NCBI GenBank assembly: GCA_030295235.1
Contig: AP026129.1
Span: 62,001-126,000 of the forward strand
DNA: 64,000 bases
Source: Fistulifera solaris
Taxonomy: Eukaryota
Reading direction: 5' to 3'
Numbering within the stretch: position 1 is the stretch's first letter; every line of letters starts with the position of its first letter. A program made the position numbers and the translations under genes. Positions 13,725 to 26,099 of this stretch are shown in pieces. Below the pieces are notes generated by a model. That model did not search any database and was not told where the DNA came from. It worked only from the letters and a program-made list of their open reading frames with translations.

Positions 13725-14841
13725 ATGGTGTCTCGTTTGGCAGCGAGTCTACGCTGTATTCTTCTTCTCTTTCTTTATCTTGCACCCAGCTACGCTTGGC
13801 GGGCTACTCGAACAAAAGATGAGAATAGCACTTACAGCAATTATTTCACCGAAAATAAAAACAGTACAGCCCCTGCGGAAAAGCAACCTATCAAAGTCTT
13901 TTTTATTGTCAGGGCAGAGCAATATGGTTGGCATGGCCAGTGAAGAACATTTGCGCAAATTGATTCAAGGCACTTCCGACGGTGATGAATGTCCTTGTGA
14001 TTATCAAACTCTGTGGAATGGCACCGATTTTAGGGAACGTGATGACGTATATATGCAATTTGAAGATCGAAGAGGGAAGCTTCGTGCTGCGTATTATGGT
14101 GCGATCAAAGGACGTTCGCATCATTTTGGGCCAGAAGTTGGATTCGGATGGACCGTTGGTGATGCGCTACACAACGAAACGATTATTATGATAAAGTCAG
14201 CTTTTGGAGGGCGCACTTTAGCGATCGATTTCCGTCCCCCATCGGCGGGAGAAGGAAATTACTCCAATGTCCTACCATCGCATTATGGCTGGGAGTACCG
14301 TCAAATGGTCACGGATTTCAATGATGCTTTGCAAAATTTGTCTAACATCTATCCCGAGTATGATACGGATGCCGGGTATGAGTTGGCGGGCTTCGTTTGG
14401 TTTCACGGATGGAACGATATGTTGAATGAAGACACAACACATGAGTATTCATCCAATTTGGCGCATTTCATTCGAGATGTGCGGTTGGAGTTCAAGACGC
14501 CTCTCATGCCGTTTGTCGTAGGGGAACTTGGTATGCATGGTTTGCATCCCGAAGGAAAATCAATTGCCCGTGTCTTATATTTCCGAGAAGCTCAACGCAA
14601 TACGACGCTGTTGCCTGAATTCCGCAACAATACACTTTTTGTACCGACAGCATCTTACATGAAATTCAATGTGACTACATACAATGGAGGTTATCATTAC
14701 AATGGTCGCGCTGATACTTATTATCGCATCGGACAAGCCATGGGACGTGGCATGTTGCAATTTTTGAAAACAGCTAAAACGACAGCGGTCATTAAACAGC
14801 ATTCGCTACAAGAATGGTGGAAACTGCGACAAAAGGTGTAG
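13725..14841 (+). CDS. Secreted SASA-domain carbohydrate (sialate O-acetyl) esterase, SGNH family
   Basis: Signal peptide ORF 13725 joins the 13780 frame at poly-T ~13900. Motifs GQSNM, FGPEVGFG, DFRPPSAG, GFVWFHGWND and YHYNG. Confidence 0.85.
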
Positions 14842-15292
14842 CTTGCTCTCTACCGAAAGTCATCGAGTGAATGTTATCATACTTTGAATCTTATCGACGT
14901 ATCTTTACTACTATTGACGGAACATGAAACTGTCTCGGCCTTTTATATAAAAACCTAATTCTCCTACTCCGATGGGAACATTGCGGAGACTGTAAAAAGC
15001 GCGACGGTCTTCGCTTTTAACTAACTTCTACTCCGTATCTACGTGAAATTGTGGCACCATTACCGAAAATTCGTGTCAATGAATGGTTTAGCCATAAAAA
15101 AAACTGCACGTTCCAAGTTCATCTTAAGGTTAAAGATAATGCTTCCGCCTTCATCAACAGCAAAATCAATCTGCGCGGTTGACCATGATTTTGTAAGCAA
15201 CAACAATAACAGTAGGCAACAGTAGTTGCATAATAGCTCTCGTCTTTTATCCCCTGTTCAAAAACTCAACACTTCCGCAATTTACAGCAATA

Positions 15293-15863
15293 ATGTTCTC
15301 GTCATCCGTTATTCCGAGACAGCGAACCGTATTGGCTAAAGTGTTCACTGGGTCGATGATGCCCGGACAGTCGACAACGCGCACTTTCACGCAGGCTACC
15401 TCTATTTGCTCGATGCCTTTGAGTGAATTTCGGGATCCAGTTTCACGGCAGCAACGAATGAATGAACCTGTGGGACGATCGTGGAGTGCTCGAGAATTGC
15501 GTCGCAAATCTTTTGATGATTTGCACAAATTATGGTGCGTTTCGTTTGTTGCGCGATCATGTGAAAGAGCATTAAGTATTTTTCGACGCAAAACAGTGTC
15601 ACTCATCAATTCTGCCTCCCTTGATTAGGTTGGTCTTGTATAAAGAAAACAACATGCTCTTGACCGAGCAACAACTGAGCCGCCGACGCGGTATTATTTT
15701 CCCCCAACCGGATCGTATTCAAAAGGTCAAAAAGAGTTTGGGAGCCATCCGACAAGTCATGGGAGAACGAAAACGAGAAAAATTGAGTCAAATGGCATTG
15801 CAACAGATGGAAGAGGATGATGGCGTTTTGGATGACAAGCCTACGGAAAAAGTCGAACCTTAA
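15293..15863 (+). CDS. MRPL47: Mitochondrial ribosomal protein uL29m (2 exons)
   Basis: [34 protein letters not shown]; intron 15535-15628; N-terminal mitochondrial-type presequence. Confidence 0.92.
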
Positions 15864-16397
15864 CATAGAATGTACTCCGTAATATAGAGAATCATCATCA
15901 TGAGTTGTTCACGATTGTGAAATTCTCAGCGCTTGCTTTTGAGATAACCAACGCGGTCTGATTCTTTTGTTGTTAGCTAACCTTGAAGTCTGCTGTCAAG
16001 AGTCAGGACAAGCAATACTCGGAGTACTCCGTATGTTTTGTTGTCAAGGAGTATTTTTCTCTACCTGGTAGCTAGTCCCTAGTTTTTCGTCCTTCGAGTG
16101 ATTTGTCTGTCATGCAATCCGTCCTCTCTCGAATGAGGATCCGCTTTGCACTTCCACGTGGCATCGCGGCCAATGGCGATTGCGGGGTCGTGTTTCGTTT
16201 CTTTTCATTCCTTTTTCATTGCGATTGCACCGAACGAAACAGCTCTCGTCCTCATTCTATCTTTCATCATTTCTTCATTTCTATCTTCTTTTTAAGTTGG
16301 ATTAATCGTCATCTGTTACTTTGGATCCATTTGTTGCGAAATTTCACACTACACACTTCCTTCAGACAAGCACTCAGTATTTATATAAGACGACAAC

Positions 16398-17281
16398 ATG
16401 CAACGACAACAACGTCCACAACAACAAATCATTGCTCTCCCCAATCCCGATCAGATGGGCACTCTGATACTGAGGGGATCTGTTGCATTCATACGACGTA
16501 ATCCGGTCGTTTCTGGCACTTACTTTCTCGGCATTCTTTTGCTCATCATTTTTGGAGGCGGCGGACGCCCTTTGACGCCCGAACAGCATTACGAATACCA
16601 CCGCATACTACAAACGGTCGATTTGCAAGCCGAGTATCGTGCTACAGATGACTATTGGCGAGCGTATCATGCGTATCAAGCCTCGCGAGGATGGTTGTGG
16701 GGATGTGATGCTGTTTGCACGCGCAACTATCAACGCATGAAAGAAGCCGAACGCATCATGCACCTTATTCAACAAGAAGGAGCCGCCCGAACTGCCGATG
16801 CTAAAAATGCGGCGGGATTACTATCCGAAATTGGAATCGGGGAAGTTCAGGACTCTTTTGGGGATACTTTCATGCCGGAAAACGATTCGCGAAACGACAA
16901 ACTATGTGGGATATGATGTTTATGGGCATTCGATCCATGTCTCGAGGGCGCGACGAAAGTTGGATGGAGTTTGCGGTTAAGGTACTTTTACAGGTGCTTT
17001 TGAATTTATCCATGGGACTTGTCATGGCCTTGATCTTCTTTGTGATGGGTCTGTGGACCATAGTTCGCTCCTATCAGCCTAATCCGTTGGTAGCCGTTTT
17101 ATTCTTTTGTGGAGGAGCAATCGCTGCTTTTAGCTTTGTGGTCACTTATTTATTGGCCGTATATGGGGCCGCCGCGGGAGGTGTTTATACTATTCTGAAA
17201 GTAGCCGAAAATGCATCACAAGCTCGCATCGCCGACCAGCAACGACAGCGAGTGCAATACGGTCGTCCTCATTATGATTAA
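16398..17281 (+). CDS. Hypothetical multi-pass membrane protein
   Basis: ORFs 16398-16916 and 16904-17281 joined by a probable indel at ~16860; several hydrophobic segments. Confidence 0.7.
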
Positions 17282-17509
17282 AGTTTTCTCTTAAGCCGAT
17301 CATTAAATGCTAGCTGGAGTTAATCTTGGTCCAGTAGTCTATTGCTTATCGAGCTCTAGGCGAGTGCAGCCACAAGCCTGGAAATTCGCTTCCTTGTTAG
17401 TGCTGAGCCGAACGACGGCTCCTACTTGGTACTGGCTACTGGAGGCTCATGGCTGGCTAATAGCTTCATGCCGCTGAATAGTGATTGGACTGCTGCCTGA
17501 TGTTGATTG

Positions 17510-18410
17510 CCTGATGCCACTGCCATTTGTCAGTGACACTGACCCCCCTTGGCAGTCTGTCACTGCCATCTACAACTGCCATTGCACCGTACGGTAAACA
17601 TAGTTTAACATCGTAGCGGTACTCACTCGTTTTGGCCGCTTTTGCGACGGAACATCATGGATCATGATCATGGGTTATTTTGTTCTTTCGAAGCCGAACA
17701 GCAAGTTGTTGATTAATTGTGCATTCTGACTCTCATATTTGCTCTGCTGTTGAAAGATAGGTGCTCAAAATTGGGTTGAAGCAAGGGATGGAGCAATTCA
17801 CAAACAACGAGCACCGCGACTTTATAAGTTCTTACATTCTCTCTGTTGTTCCATTAGCAGAATTCACTTCGAGCTCAACAACTTCATCATCTGAGTCCGA
17901 TGATTTCAATTCCGAGCCTGGGTCCTTAAACGGTTCCGACTCGGAATCAATGTCGATACTTGTTCGAGCTCTTTTGATTGACATACCGACTCAATCAGAG
18001 TGAGTAGGAGACTTGATGCATTGATTCAAAGGGTAGAAAGGTGGTTGATGAAGACAGTGGGGATCAAAATTTGAGGCTCGGTTCGTTTCGGAGCCCATCG
18101 TCATGTGCTTGCTCCTCTGAAAAATTTCACCGATGCTAAGACGCGCTGCAGCCAATAGCAATCATAGTGCAATCCTTTCTTGATAACATTTAATTAATAG
18201 GCTTTTGCTAAATACACCAATAAAACAAGCGTCTCAACAGATTTATTGCCTTGCTCAACAGAAAAAAAAGCACACGAAAGCCAATGAAACATCATGGGAA
18301 TATTTTAATGTATAAGGATAGAGTTTGGAAGTAGGATGACTGCCAACTGCCAAGGCCCATGGCAGTGTCACTGCCAGCAGTGGTAGTACGGCAGTGACTT
18401 TGTCACTGAA
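17510..18410. mobile_element. Putative decayed non-autonomous DNA element bounded by imperfect inverted repeats
   Basis: GGCAGTGAC/GTCACTGCC-rich blocks at ~17515-17582 and ~18339-18410 are imperfect reverse complements. The interior carries a stop-interrupted minus-strand reading frame. No transposase recognised. Confidence 0.3.
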
Positions 18411-18460
18411 AAGTCTGGTACCAGGTAGTGGACCTTTGGTGGACCAGCTCTAGATTTGAA

Positions 18461-18547
18461 AAGTGGGAAGTGAAACGTGAGAAGTGAGAAGTGGGCAAGG
18501 ACCTATGGAAGTGGGAACTGGGAAGTGGGAAGTAAGAAGTGGAAAGT
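18461..18547. repeat. Degenerate GGGAAGT/GAGAAGT heptamer tandem repeat
   Basis: About 10 degenerate 7-bp units immediately before the 34-bp array. Confidence 0.75.
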
Positions 18548-18554
18548 GCCAAAA

Positions 18555-18815
18555 TTTTCTGGGTACGTGAAAACACCACACCCCCACATTTTCTGGGTAC
18601 GTGAAAACACCACACCCCCACATTTTCTGGGAACGTGAAAACACCACACTCCCATATTTTCTGGGAACGTGAAAACACCACACTCCCATTTTTTCTGGGT
18701 ACGTGAAAACAACACTCGCCCACATTTCTGGGTACGTAACAATACCACTCGCCCAAATTTTCTGGGTACGTGAAAACACGACACTCCCATAATTTCCGGG
18801 TACGTGAAAACACCA
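18555..18815. repeat. 34-bp minisatellite, ~7.7 copies (TTTTCTGGGTACGTGAAAACACCACACYCCCAYA)
   Basis: Units start at 18555, 18589, 18623, 18657, 18691, 18725, 18758 and 18792 (last one partial). Confidence 0.95.
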
Positions 18816-19472
18816 TGGAGTGGTTGCCATTATTATTATTGCGTCTGTTGTAGCCTAATTCTGGGCGACCAATACTTAGACGCATGATGGTCCATCAGAC
18901 GTACAAAGTAGAGGACAGTAAAGATACGAGATACTCGGCCTCCGCTTCGGCTTTTCGCCATGTCGCCGTTATTTGGCCGATCTCCGATCTTTTTCTCTTT
19001 TCATCCAATTAAAAGTAGACAGTAGACACTTTGTAAACTTGGTAACCATACAAAGTGCTGTACCGAGTACCAAGACATCGGACATCGAACATCGGACTTA
19101 TTACATGATATCTAATAACAACAGCACGACATAGGTTTCCTTGATTTCTTTGTTCCTTGTCCTTGTTCTTTGGTTTTCGATTTCTATAGTATCCCCATGT
19201 TTGCAACTTCTAAAGTGTAGAAGTGCTGCGTTGCGCCACGTCAACAATCGCACTCGTTTGTCCGCGTTGACTTTAGGCTTCTCCATTCTCCGCGAAGAGA
19301 ATAGGTGCGGAGTTATTTTCCGCCAATTGCCAATACCGACTTTGGCATTCGGCATTTTCGGCACAAACGTAGTTCTACAACCGAACCGGAAGGATGATTC
19401 CGCTTCATCACAAATCACAAAATACGCAGCCTTTTATTTCTCTACGATTATTATTCCAATCTTCCTTCCAGC

Positions 19473-20210
19473 ATGAATATTAGCTCTCATCAATATAGAA
19501 GCGCCCTTGCGCTCAATAACATGGGCGTTCGTCTCCTCGAAAAACACTGCTACAAACCTGCGGTGGAAACTCTCCGAGAATCCACACTTTTGATCAAAGC
19601 CGTTTTGAAGCGGGCGGCTCTTGATAATGATCTCGGTATCATCAACAAGACAGTACAAATGGCAACCAAGAGATATGCTCAAGCCAAGCCTTCTACCAAG
19701 AAAAATATTGTCCTGCAAACGCTCACAATGTCGAATGGCTTTTTGTTCGAAAATAGCGACGACGGCTTCTGCCTGGGTATGTGCACTGCAGTCCTCGACG
19801 ACGCTCCTTCGTCTAGCGTAGCCTTTCCAATCATGATTGAAGACGACAGCCTGTTAGAACAAGATTCATGGGGCAAGAACATCAGTGATGAACAGATAGT
19901 GACACTTTACACTCAGGCAGCCATTATGTTTCACAACGCGGCGGTTGCTAGTCGATGTTGCCAGCAGCACAAGCGAGCTCTTCGGTTTGCACGAATTGCA
20001 TCTGAAATATTTAGCCAGGATCAAGTGCATTTTCCGATCGCATCTCTGGTGGTACACAACACTCTCATTCGATGTCTGACGGACAATCAATACACACAAG
20101 AGGCAGCTGAGCGATACGGCGATCTGGTGGAAATCAGAGCCATTGCTCACAACGAATCATCATCGTGCGATTTCATTGATGTGATCGCAACTGCCGCTGC
20201 CGCCGCATAG
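19473..20210 (+). CDS. Hypothetical helical protein of the ALALNNMGV-type family common in diatoms
   Basis: 245-aa intronless ORF with TPR-like N-terminal helix and terminal TAAAAA. Confidence 0.75.
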   Translation: MNISSHQYRSALALNNMGVRLLEKHCYKPAVETLRESTLLIKAVLKRAALDNDLGIINKTVQMATKRYAQAKPSTKKNIVLQTLTMSNGFLFENSDDGFCLGMCTAVLDDAPSSSVAFPIMIEDDSLLEQDSWGKNISDEQIVTLYTQAAIMFHNAAVASRCCQQHKRALRFARIASEIFSQDQVHFPIASLVVHNTLIRCLTDNQYTQEAAERYGDLVEIRAIAHNESSSCDFIDVIATAAAAA

Positions 20211-20583
20211 TCTGAATATCGAGCAACAGCTTAAATCGTAAAACCTACAAGATATTTTTAGAGTATACTTGTTAAATTAGAAACATTTCGCAATTCATTT
20301 TTCACGGATATGTTAAGATTGTGAAGGCTTTATTCTTTTGACGCAAACAAACAATCGTGAATCACGTCGGAGTCCCAGTCGGAAAGCTCCTACACCATAC
20401 ACCACAATAATGCAGCGCATGAAACTGAATGGCGTTCGTTCCACGTCCGTCACTCGGAAACAACGAAAAACTGTTGCAAGGCAATCTCTAGAGAGATAGA
20501 TGTTATCAATAACACCGTTTCCTGTACAAGTACTCATTTGACTTCCACGACCGTATCCTTTCCGCATCGTGAGGTTGCTCGTC

Positions 20584-23500
20584 ATGACTGAGACAGAAAA
20601 TACAAAGAAAAAGCCTTTGAGTGCGGTTGAGCGATTGCAAGAGCTGTCGCTCATTAAAAAGGTTGGAGAGGAAATGCAGAAACACATGGACGGCCTGCAA
20701 GACAAGACCTTGTCTGAATTTCTTATTGCTTTGGCGGAAAAGCAAGCCAAGAAACAACTTAAAAACAATACAGATGATTTGGAGGCTGCTCAACTGCTAC
20801 GGGCGGAGCTTAACGAAAATGGAGCTGTCATTCCGTTCAGTTTTGCGTCCCTTCTTTTACAACTCGTTCGTGAGCAAAGTCCCCGTTTTAAGCGGTTTCA
20901 GGACAAAGTAACCGCAAAAGACGCGAAAACAGACAACAACAAAACGCCCGTTTTAAGCGGTAGTAGTGTCCTGACAGGATCGAAAAAGGAAATGGCTCAA
21001 GCCTTCCCCGGGTTAGCGCGATCAAATCTTTCTCAACCAGTTCCTCTTGAAGAGTCCTTTTACGAACATGACAAGCAGGAAGATGACGATAGAAAGCGAG
21101 TTAAACCCAAAGAAGAAGATACTCCGCTCGTAGATAAAGGCCGCCGAGGGGTGTCGAATCTACCAGCATGGATGACCAAGTCAGACGACAATATGCCGCC
21201 GCCTTCGAAGCGACCACGCCAGGATTTGCTTGAGGAATACAGCATATATCACGGAGTAGTTCGAAAGATTCTAGATTTTGGGATGATTGTGGATATTCAG
21301 CCCTTTGAAAAGAAGGTATTGTGTACAACTCCCACGTCTCGAAAACCAGAATTGACCACGCCTCTCAAGCGGGGTTCCGGCGAGATCAGAGAGTTTGGGT
21401 GAAAGTGATTTCCATGAAACACGGGAAAATTTTACTTAGCTTAAAAGATGTGGATCAAGATTCTGGAAAAGATCTCATGCCGCATCGCTCCCTAGCGGCG
21501 GCAGAGACGCCTGTACTGGATCATAAAGGTCCCTCCTCTTCCAGCGTCGTGCATCCTGGTCTAGATATTGAGGCGTTCCGGAAACGCGAAGCGGAAGAAG
21601 AAGCAGCGAGACTGGTACAATCTCACTCTATGGTAGGCCATTACGGTCCGGCAAAAGCGGCCTCTGTAGAGCCACCGACTGTCCGTAGAACCAAACAACT
21701 AACGGAGCACGAACTTTTTGAAGCGCAACAACTCATCAGATCGGGTGTCCTTCCTGTCGATCAATACCCGACATTTGATGCCGAAGGAGGATTGGGAATG
21801 CTGAATGTGGAGGAGACGGAAGAAGAGACTGATATCGAGTTGGCGGATGTCGAACCTGTATTCTTGAAGGGACAAACGAAACGCAGCGGAAAGGATCTTG
21901 AGCCTGTTCGAATAGTGAAAAACCCGGATGGATCTTTACAACGTGCGGCGATGCAGCAAGTTTCCATGGCCAAAGAGCGCCGTGAAATGAAACAAGCTCA
22001 GGCCAATCAGCTCATCGACTCTATTCCAAAGGATCTCAATAGGCCGTGGGAGGATCCCTTACCGGAGTCTGGGGAGCGGCATTTTGCTCAGGAACTGAGA
22101 AGTATCAACATGTCAGCTTTCGACGGTGCACCGGAATGGAAAAGAAAGCAGAGAAAAAGACACTATCGTATGGTATTATATCCAACAAGTCGATCAAAGA
22201 GCAAAGGGAATCTCTTCCTATTTACAGACTGAAGAAGGAGCTTCTGGAAGCTGTGAGCAAGAATCAAATACTGGTCGTGGTCGGTGAGACTGGAAGCGGT
22301 AAAACGACTCAAATGGTGCAGTATTTAGTGGAATTAGGTCTCACTAAAAATGGGGGAATGGTCGGGTGCACTCAACCTAGGAGAGTAGCTGCTATATCGG
22401 TCGCCAAACGCGTTTCAGAGGAATACGGCTGCGCACTAGGGGAAGAAGTTGGCTACTCAATCAGGTTTGATGACATGACCTCTCCATCAACCAAGATAAA
22501 GTTTCAAACAGACGGTATGCTTATGCGCGAATATTTGGCAGACAACGATCTGCGCCGTTACGCGGCAATCATGTTGGACGAGGCACATGAACGTACAATT
22601 CACACAGATGTGCTTTTTGGTCTATTGAAAGATCTTTGCAAGCGCCGACCTGATTTAAAGATAATCGTCACCAGCGCTACGCTTGATGCTGGCAAATTTT
22701 CGGAGTATTTTTTCAATTGCCCGATTTTCACCATTCCGGGTCGAACATTCCCGGTGGAGATTCTCTACGTAAAGGAGCCTGAGAGTGATTATCTCGAGGC
22801 CGCTATCATCACAGTCATGCAAATACATTTAGATCAACCCGCAGGGGATATTTTGGTGTTTCTTACCGGACAAGAAGAGATCGACGCTTGTTGTGAAACT
22901 CTTTTCACACGAATGGAAGCACTCGGCGATTTAGCGCCCGAGCTGATCATTCTGCCTGTTTACTCTGCTCTGCCTTCTGAAATGCAATCGCGTATTTTTG
23001 AGCCCGCTCCGACTGGAGCTCGAAAGTGCGTGGTAGCCACAAACATAGCCGAAGCGTCATTAACTATCGACGGAATTTACTACGTCGTCGATCCCGGTTT
23101 CTCGAAGCAAAAAGTCTTCAACCCCAAGCTAGGAATGGATTCTCTAGTCGTTACCCCTATTAGTCAAGCTTCTGCGAAGCAAAGGGCTGGCAGAGCGGGC
23201 AGAACCGCCAGTGGAAAGTGCTTTCGTTTGTACACGGAACAAGCCTTCAAGACAGAAATGTTGCCAACAAATATACCCGAAATCCAGCGAACCAACTTGG
23301 GAAACGTTGTTCTCCAACTGAAAGCGATGGGAATTAATGATCTGATTGGATTTGATTTTATGGATCCTCCTCCAGTGGCAACACTAATTGGTGCACTGGA
23401 ATCGCTCTTTGCGTTAGGGGCTCTCGATGAAGAAGGATTATTGACGAGGTTAGGACGTAAAATGGCCGAATTTCCTTTGGAACCCAACTTGTCGAAAATG

Positions 23501-24181
23501 TTGATTCTTTCGGTCGACCTGGGCTGCTCGGATGAAATTCTTACCATTACCGCTATGTTGTCGGTGGAGAATCCATTTTATCGTCCGCGCGACAAACAAG
23601 CGCAGGCTGATATGAGAAAAGCCAAATTTCATCAAGCCGAAGGGGACCATTTAACGCTCCTCACTGTATACAAAGCTTGGGAAGCTGCCAAGTTCAGTAA
23701 CCCGTGGTGTTTTGAGAACTTTGTGCAAGCCCGTAGCATGCGTCGCGCGCAAGATGTACGAAAGCAACTGGTCACGATTATGGACCGGTATCGGCTGTTA
23801 TTGCTGAGTGCGGGTAAGAATTACAAATTGATTGGCAAGGCCATCACTGCCGGTTTCTTTACCAACGCCGCCAAGAAAGATCCGCAGGAAGGATATCGTA
23901 CTCTTGTCGATCAAAATCCTGTTTACATCCATCCATCTTCCGCTCTGTTTCAAAAGAACCCAGAGTATGTCATTTACCATGAGCTAGTGTTGACAACAAA
24001 AGAGTACATGAGAAATGTCATGGTGATTGATGCCAAATGGCTGGTAGAACTGGCGCCATCGTTTTACAAGTCCGCCGACCCGAACAAAATGACCCGAGCG
24101 AAAAAGAAGGAAAAGATTGAGCCTTTACATGATCGATTCAACCCAAAAGACGCTTGGCGTTTGTCAAGAAGAAAAGGATAA
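20584..24181 (+). CDS. PRP22: Pre-mRNA splicing DEAH-box helicase PRP22/DHX8 (with S1 domain)
   Basis: S1 region, [47 protein letters not shown] and terminal WRLSRRKG. Indels at ~21310 and ~22140. Confidence 0.96.
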
Positions 24182-24268
24182 TACTTCTCATTTGCGGATG
24201 TTTATTAACGTATCTTGGAATCATAATCTTTAGACTTGCCTGGTGTTCGCGTACGGAGCAATAGATTC

Positions 24269-24292
24269 CCGACTCAACTGGAATTCAGTCCC
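24269..24292 (+). promoter_or_regulatory. Recurrent dyad element CCGACTCA-N7-TTCAGTCCC
   Basis: ~150 bp upstream of the 24441 ATG; matches copies at 9033, 9266, 31948, 58662 and 58866. Confidence 0.5.
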
Positions 24293-24440
24293 GATAATGT
24301 TAGTATTTTCGCACTCTCTTGACAATCACCATGGTGATGATGCAGAGACCCTTTCTTTCTTACTCTCTCTCTTTCTCTCTCTCTTTCTCTCACTCTCACA
24401 CATCTCTTTTCAACTACATAACACCAATACTTCAAGTTAT

Positions 24441-26039
24441 ATGCCACGCCGTCGTTTCTTCCCTTCAGCACTCTGCCTGTTAATAGCCATTGCGTTCTTT
24501 CTCTACCGATATGAATTTATCGCAGAGAATTCTCAAGCTCGTATCGATGCTCGACAATTTGATACGTCCTTTTCTCCTCCGTTAAAAGCTGTTAATGATG
24601 AAAATACTTTATTAACAGTCGCTCCGAATGAATTACCTGGTTATACAGGATGGGCTCGTCCGGAACTGACGGATGCGGGGCGTTTTCGCATAGTCACAGA
24701 GCCTTCTTCCACTGCCATAGCGGGGCAAGAATGGGAAATTACGGTCGAATGTTCGTCGTGCACAAGTGATTCATGGTTCTATTTACGAGCATACGGACCT
24801 GCAATTATCACAGGAACAGTTAATTCCGAAAGTCCTGGTCGCTATCGCCTGCGTTTTCTTCCGATTGATCCAGGGATATACACTGTTGAAGTCGTCTTGA
24901 CCTTTTCGGCTGTACCTTCTCTCACGGATTTTCCACTTCAGGATACAACCAAAGTGCCCAACTATGAGGGATATTTGTTACCAGGATTTCCCATTTTCTT
25001 GACGGTACAAGGAAACACCCCTCCTCGCGAAACACAGCTGCCGTATTGTACCATCGACCAGTTGACAACCACCAATCATCATCTTTCACCGACTACAAGG
25101 GCGCGATGGAAGCTTATTGATTCAATTCGGAGCTCAACACATACAAAAACAGTACCGGGAGTTGACACAATTCAACTGGGGGCTTATCAACAATCGTTTC
25201 AAGGATTGGGTCTTCGCTTTTCTTACGAGCGAACAGATTGTCGTATTGTGGGTGTTCCTGACGCCAAATTCCATCCCATCGAGGACTGCATTGCCTCACT
25301 TTTCAAGCCTTTGCATATTATTCTGATTGGGGATTCGGTGATGCGATTGCAACGCTCTGTCTTGGAGGGATGGATGAAACAAATGATAGATTCCGGACAA
25401 GCCAAGATTACATTCTACGAATTGTATGGAGGAACGTTGCGCTCGGAGCGACTATCGGGACCGAAGATCTCTACCATTCCGCAAGAACACGCTTCGTCTA
25501 ATGAACAAAAGATTGTATTGTTCAATTCGGGCTTACATGATATTCATCGTCTTTGTGGGGACGAATGGAAGGACGATCGTAGTACATATTTGAATGATTC
25601 GGAGCTACAGCAATCTTGTGTTTACATGTATCAAATAGCGTTGGACATTCTTTTCACGAGTGTGCTTCAAATCCCGCAAGTTGACTTGTTTGTCTTTCAA
25701 ACAACAACGGCGGGATGGCCCAAGTACGGAAATTACGGAGTATCATGGAGTCCTATAGACGGTCAGGGATTGCCGTTAGATGCTGGCTTTGTGGAACGAT
25801 TCAATCACATTGCGATTGCTTACATTTCGAAAATGAAGCAGGGTGGAGCCTATAGTACTTTTCACGTTATGGATGGCTACTGGGTCTCTTTACCGAGACC
25901 CGACAACCGCGAAATCAGTAAAAAAGCGGACATTGGGAAGAAACTCTCGCATCCAGGACACGAAGTAACATATGCCATGGTTCGATTTTTTTCCATGATG
26001 GTGTTACAAACAATCTGTCCCGCTGTGCTTCCTGCTTAG
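24441..26039 (+). CDS. Type II membrane GDS/SGNH-like (NXPE/PC-esterase-like) protein
   Basis: N-terminal RRR plus hydrophobic anchor, Ig-like strand region (PGIYTVEVVL), IILIGDSVMR, NSGLHD and C-terminal LSHP. Confidence 0.7.
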   Translation: MPRRRFFPSALCLLIAIAFFLYRYEFIAENSQARIDARQFDTSFSPPLKAVNDENTLLTVAPNELPGYTGWARPELTDAGRFRIVTEPSSTAIAGQEWEITVECSSCTSDSWFYLRAYGPAIITGTVNSESPGRYRLRFLPIDPGIYTVEVVLTFSAVPSLTDFPLQDTTKVPNYEGYLLPGFPIFLTVQGNTPPRETQLPYCTIDQLTTTNHHLSPTTRARWKLIDSIRSSTHTKTVPGVDTIQLGAYQQSFQGLGLRFSYERTDCRIVGVPDAKFHPIEDCIASLFKPLHIILIGDSVMRLQRSVLEGWMKQMIDSGQAKITFYELYGGTLRSERLSGPKISTIPQEHASSNEQKIVLFNSGLHDIHRLCGDEWKDDRSTYLNDSELQQSCVYMYQIALDILFTSVLQIPQVDLFVFQTTTAGWPKYGNYGVSWSPIDGQGLPLDAGFVERFNHIAIAYISKMKQGGAYSTFHVMDGYWVSLPRPDNREISKKADIGKKLSHPGHEVTYAMVRFFSMMVLQTICPAVLPA

Positions 26040-26099
26040 TTGGGCATTTCGTTACTGGCGGATCTAAGACTTTCGATGATGACTTTTGACTGCTAGAAA

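Noticed and set aside
18461..18547. Interstitial telomere repeat
   Set aside because: The unit GGGAAGT is degenerate and does not match TTAGGG-type telomeres.
18555..18815. CRISPR array
   Set aside because: The inter-core 14-bp segments are variants of one another rather than unique spacers, no cas genes are present, and the context is eukaryotic.
18403..18885. Three overlapping repetitive ORFs (WCFHVPRK...)
   Set aside because: By-product of a stop-free 34-bp unit cycling through all three frames.
24243..24440. N-terminal extension of the SGNH-like ORF
   Set aside because: It begins at GTG and runs through a CT-rich tract and the dyad element, so it is likely promoter or 5' UTR.
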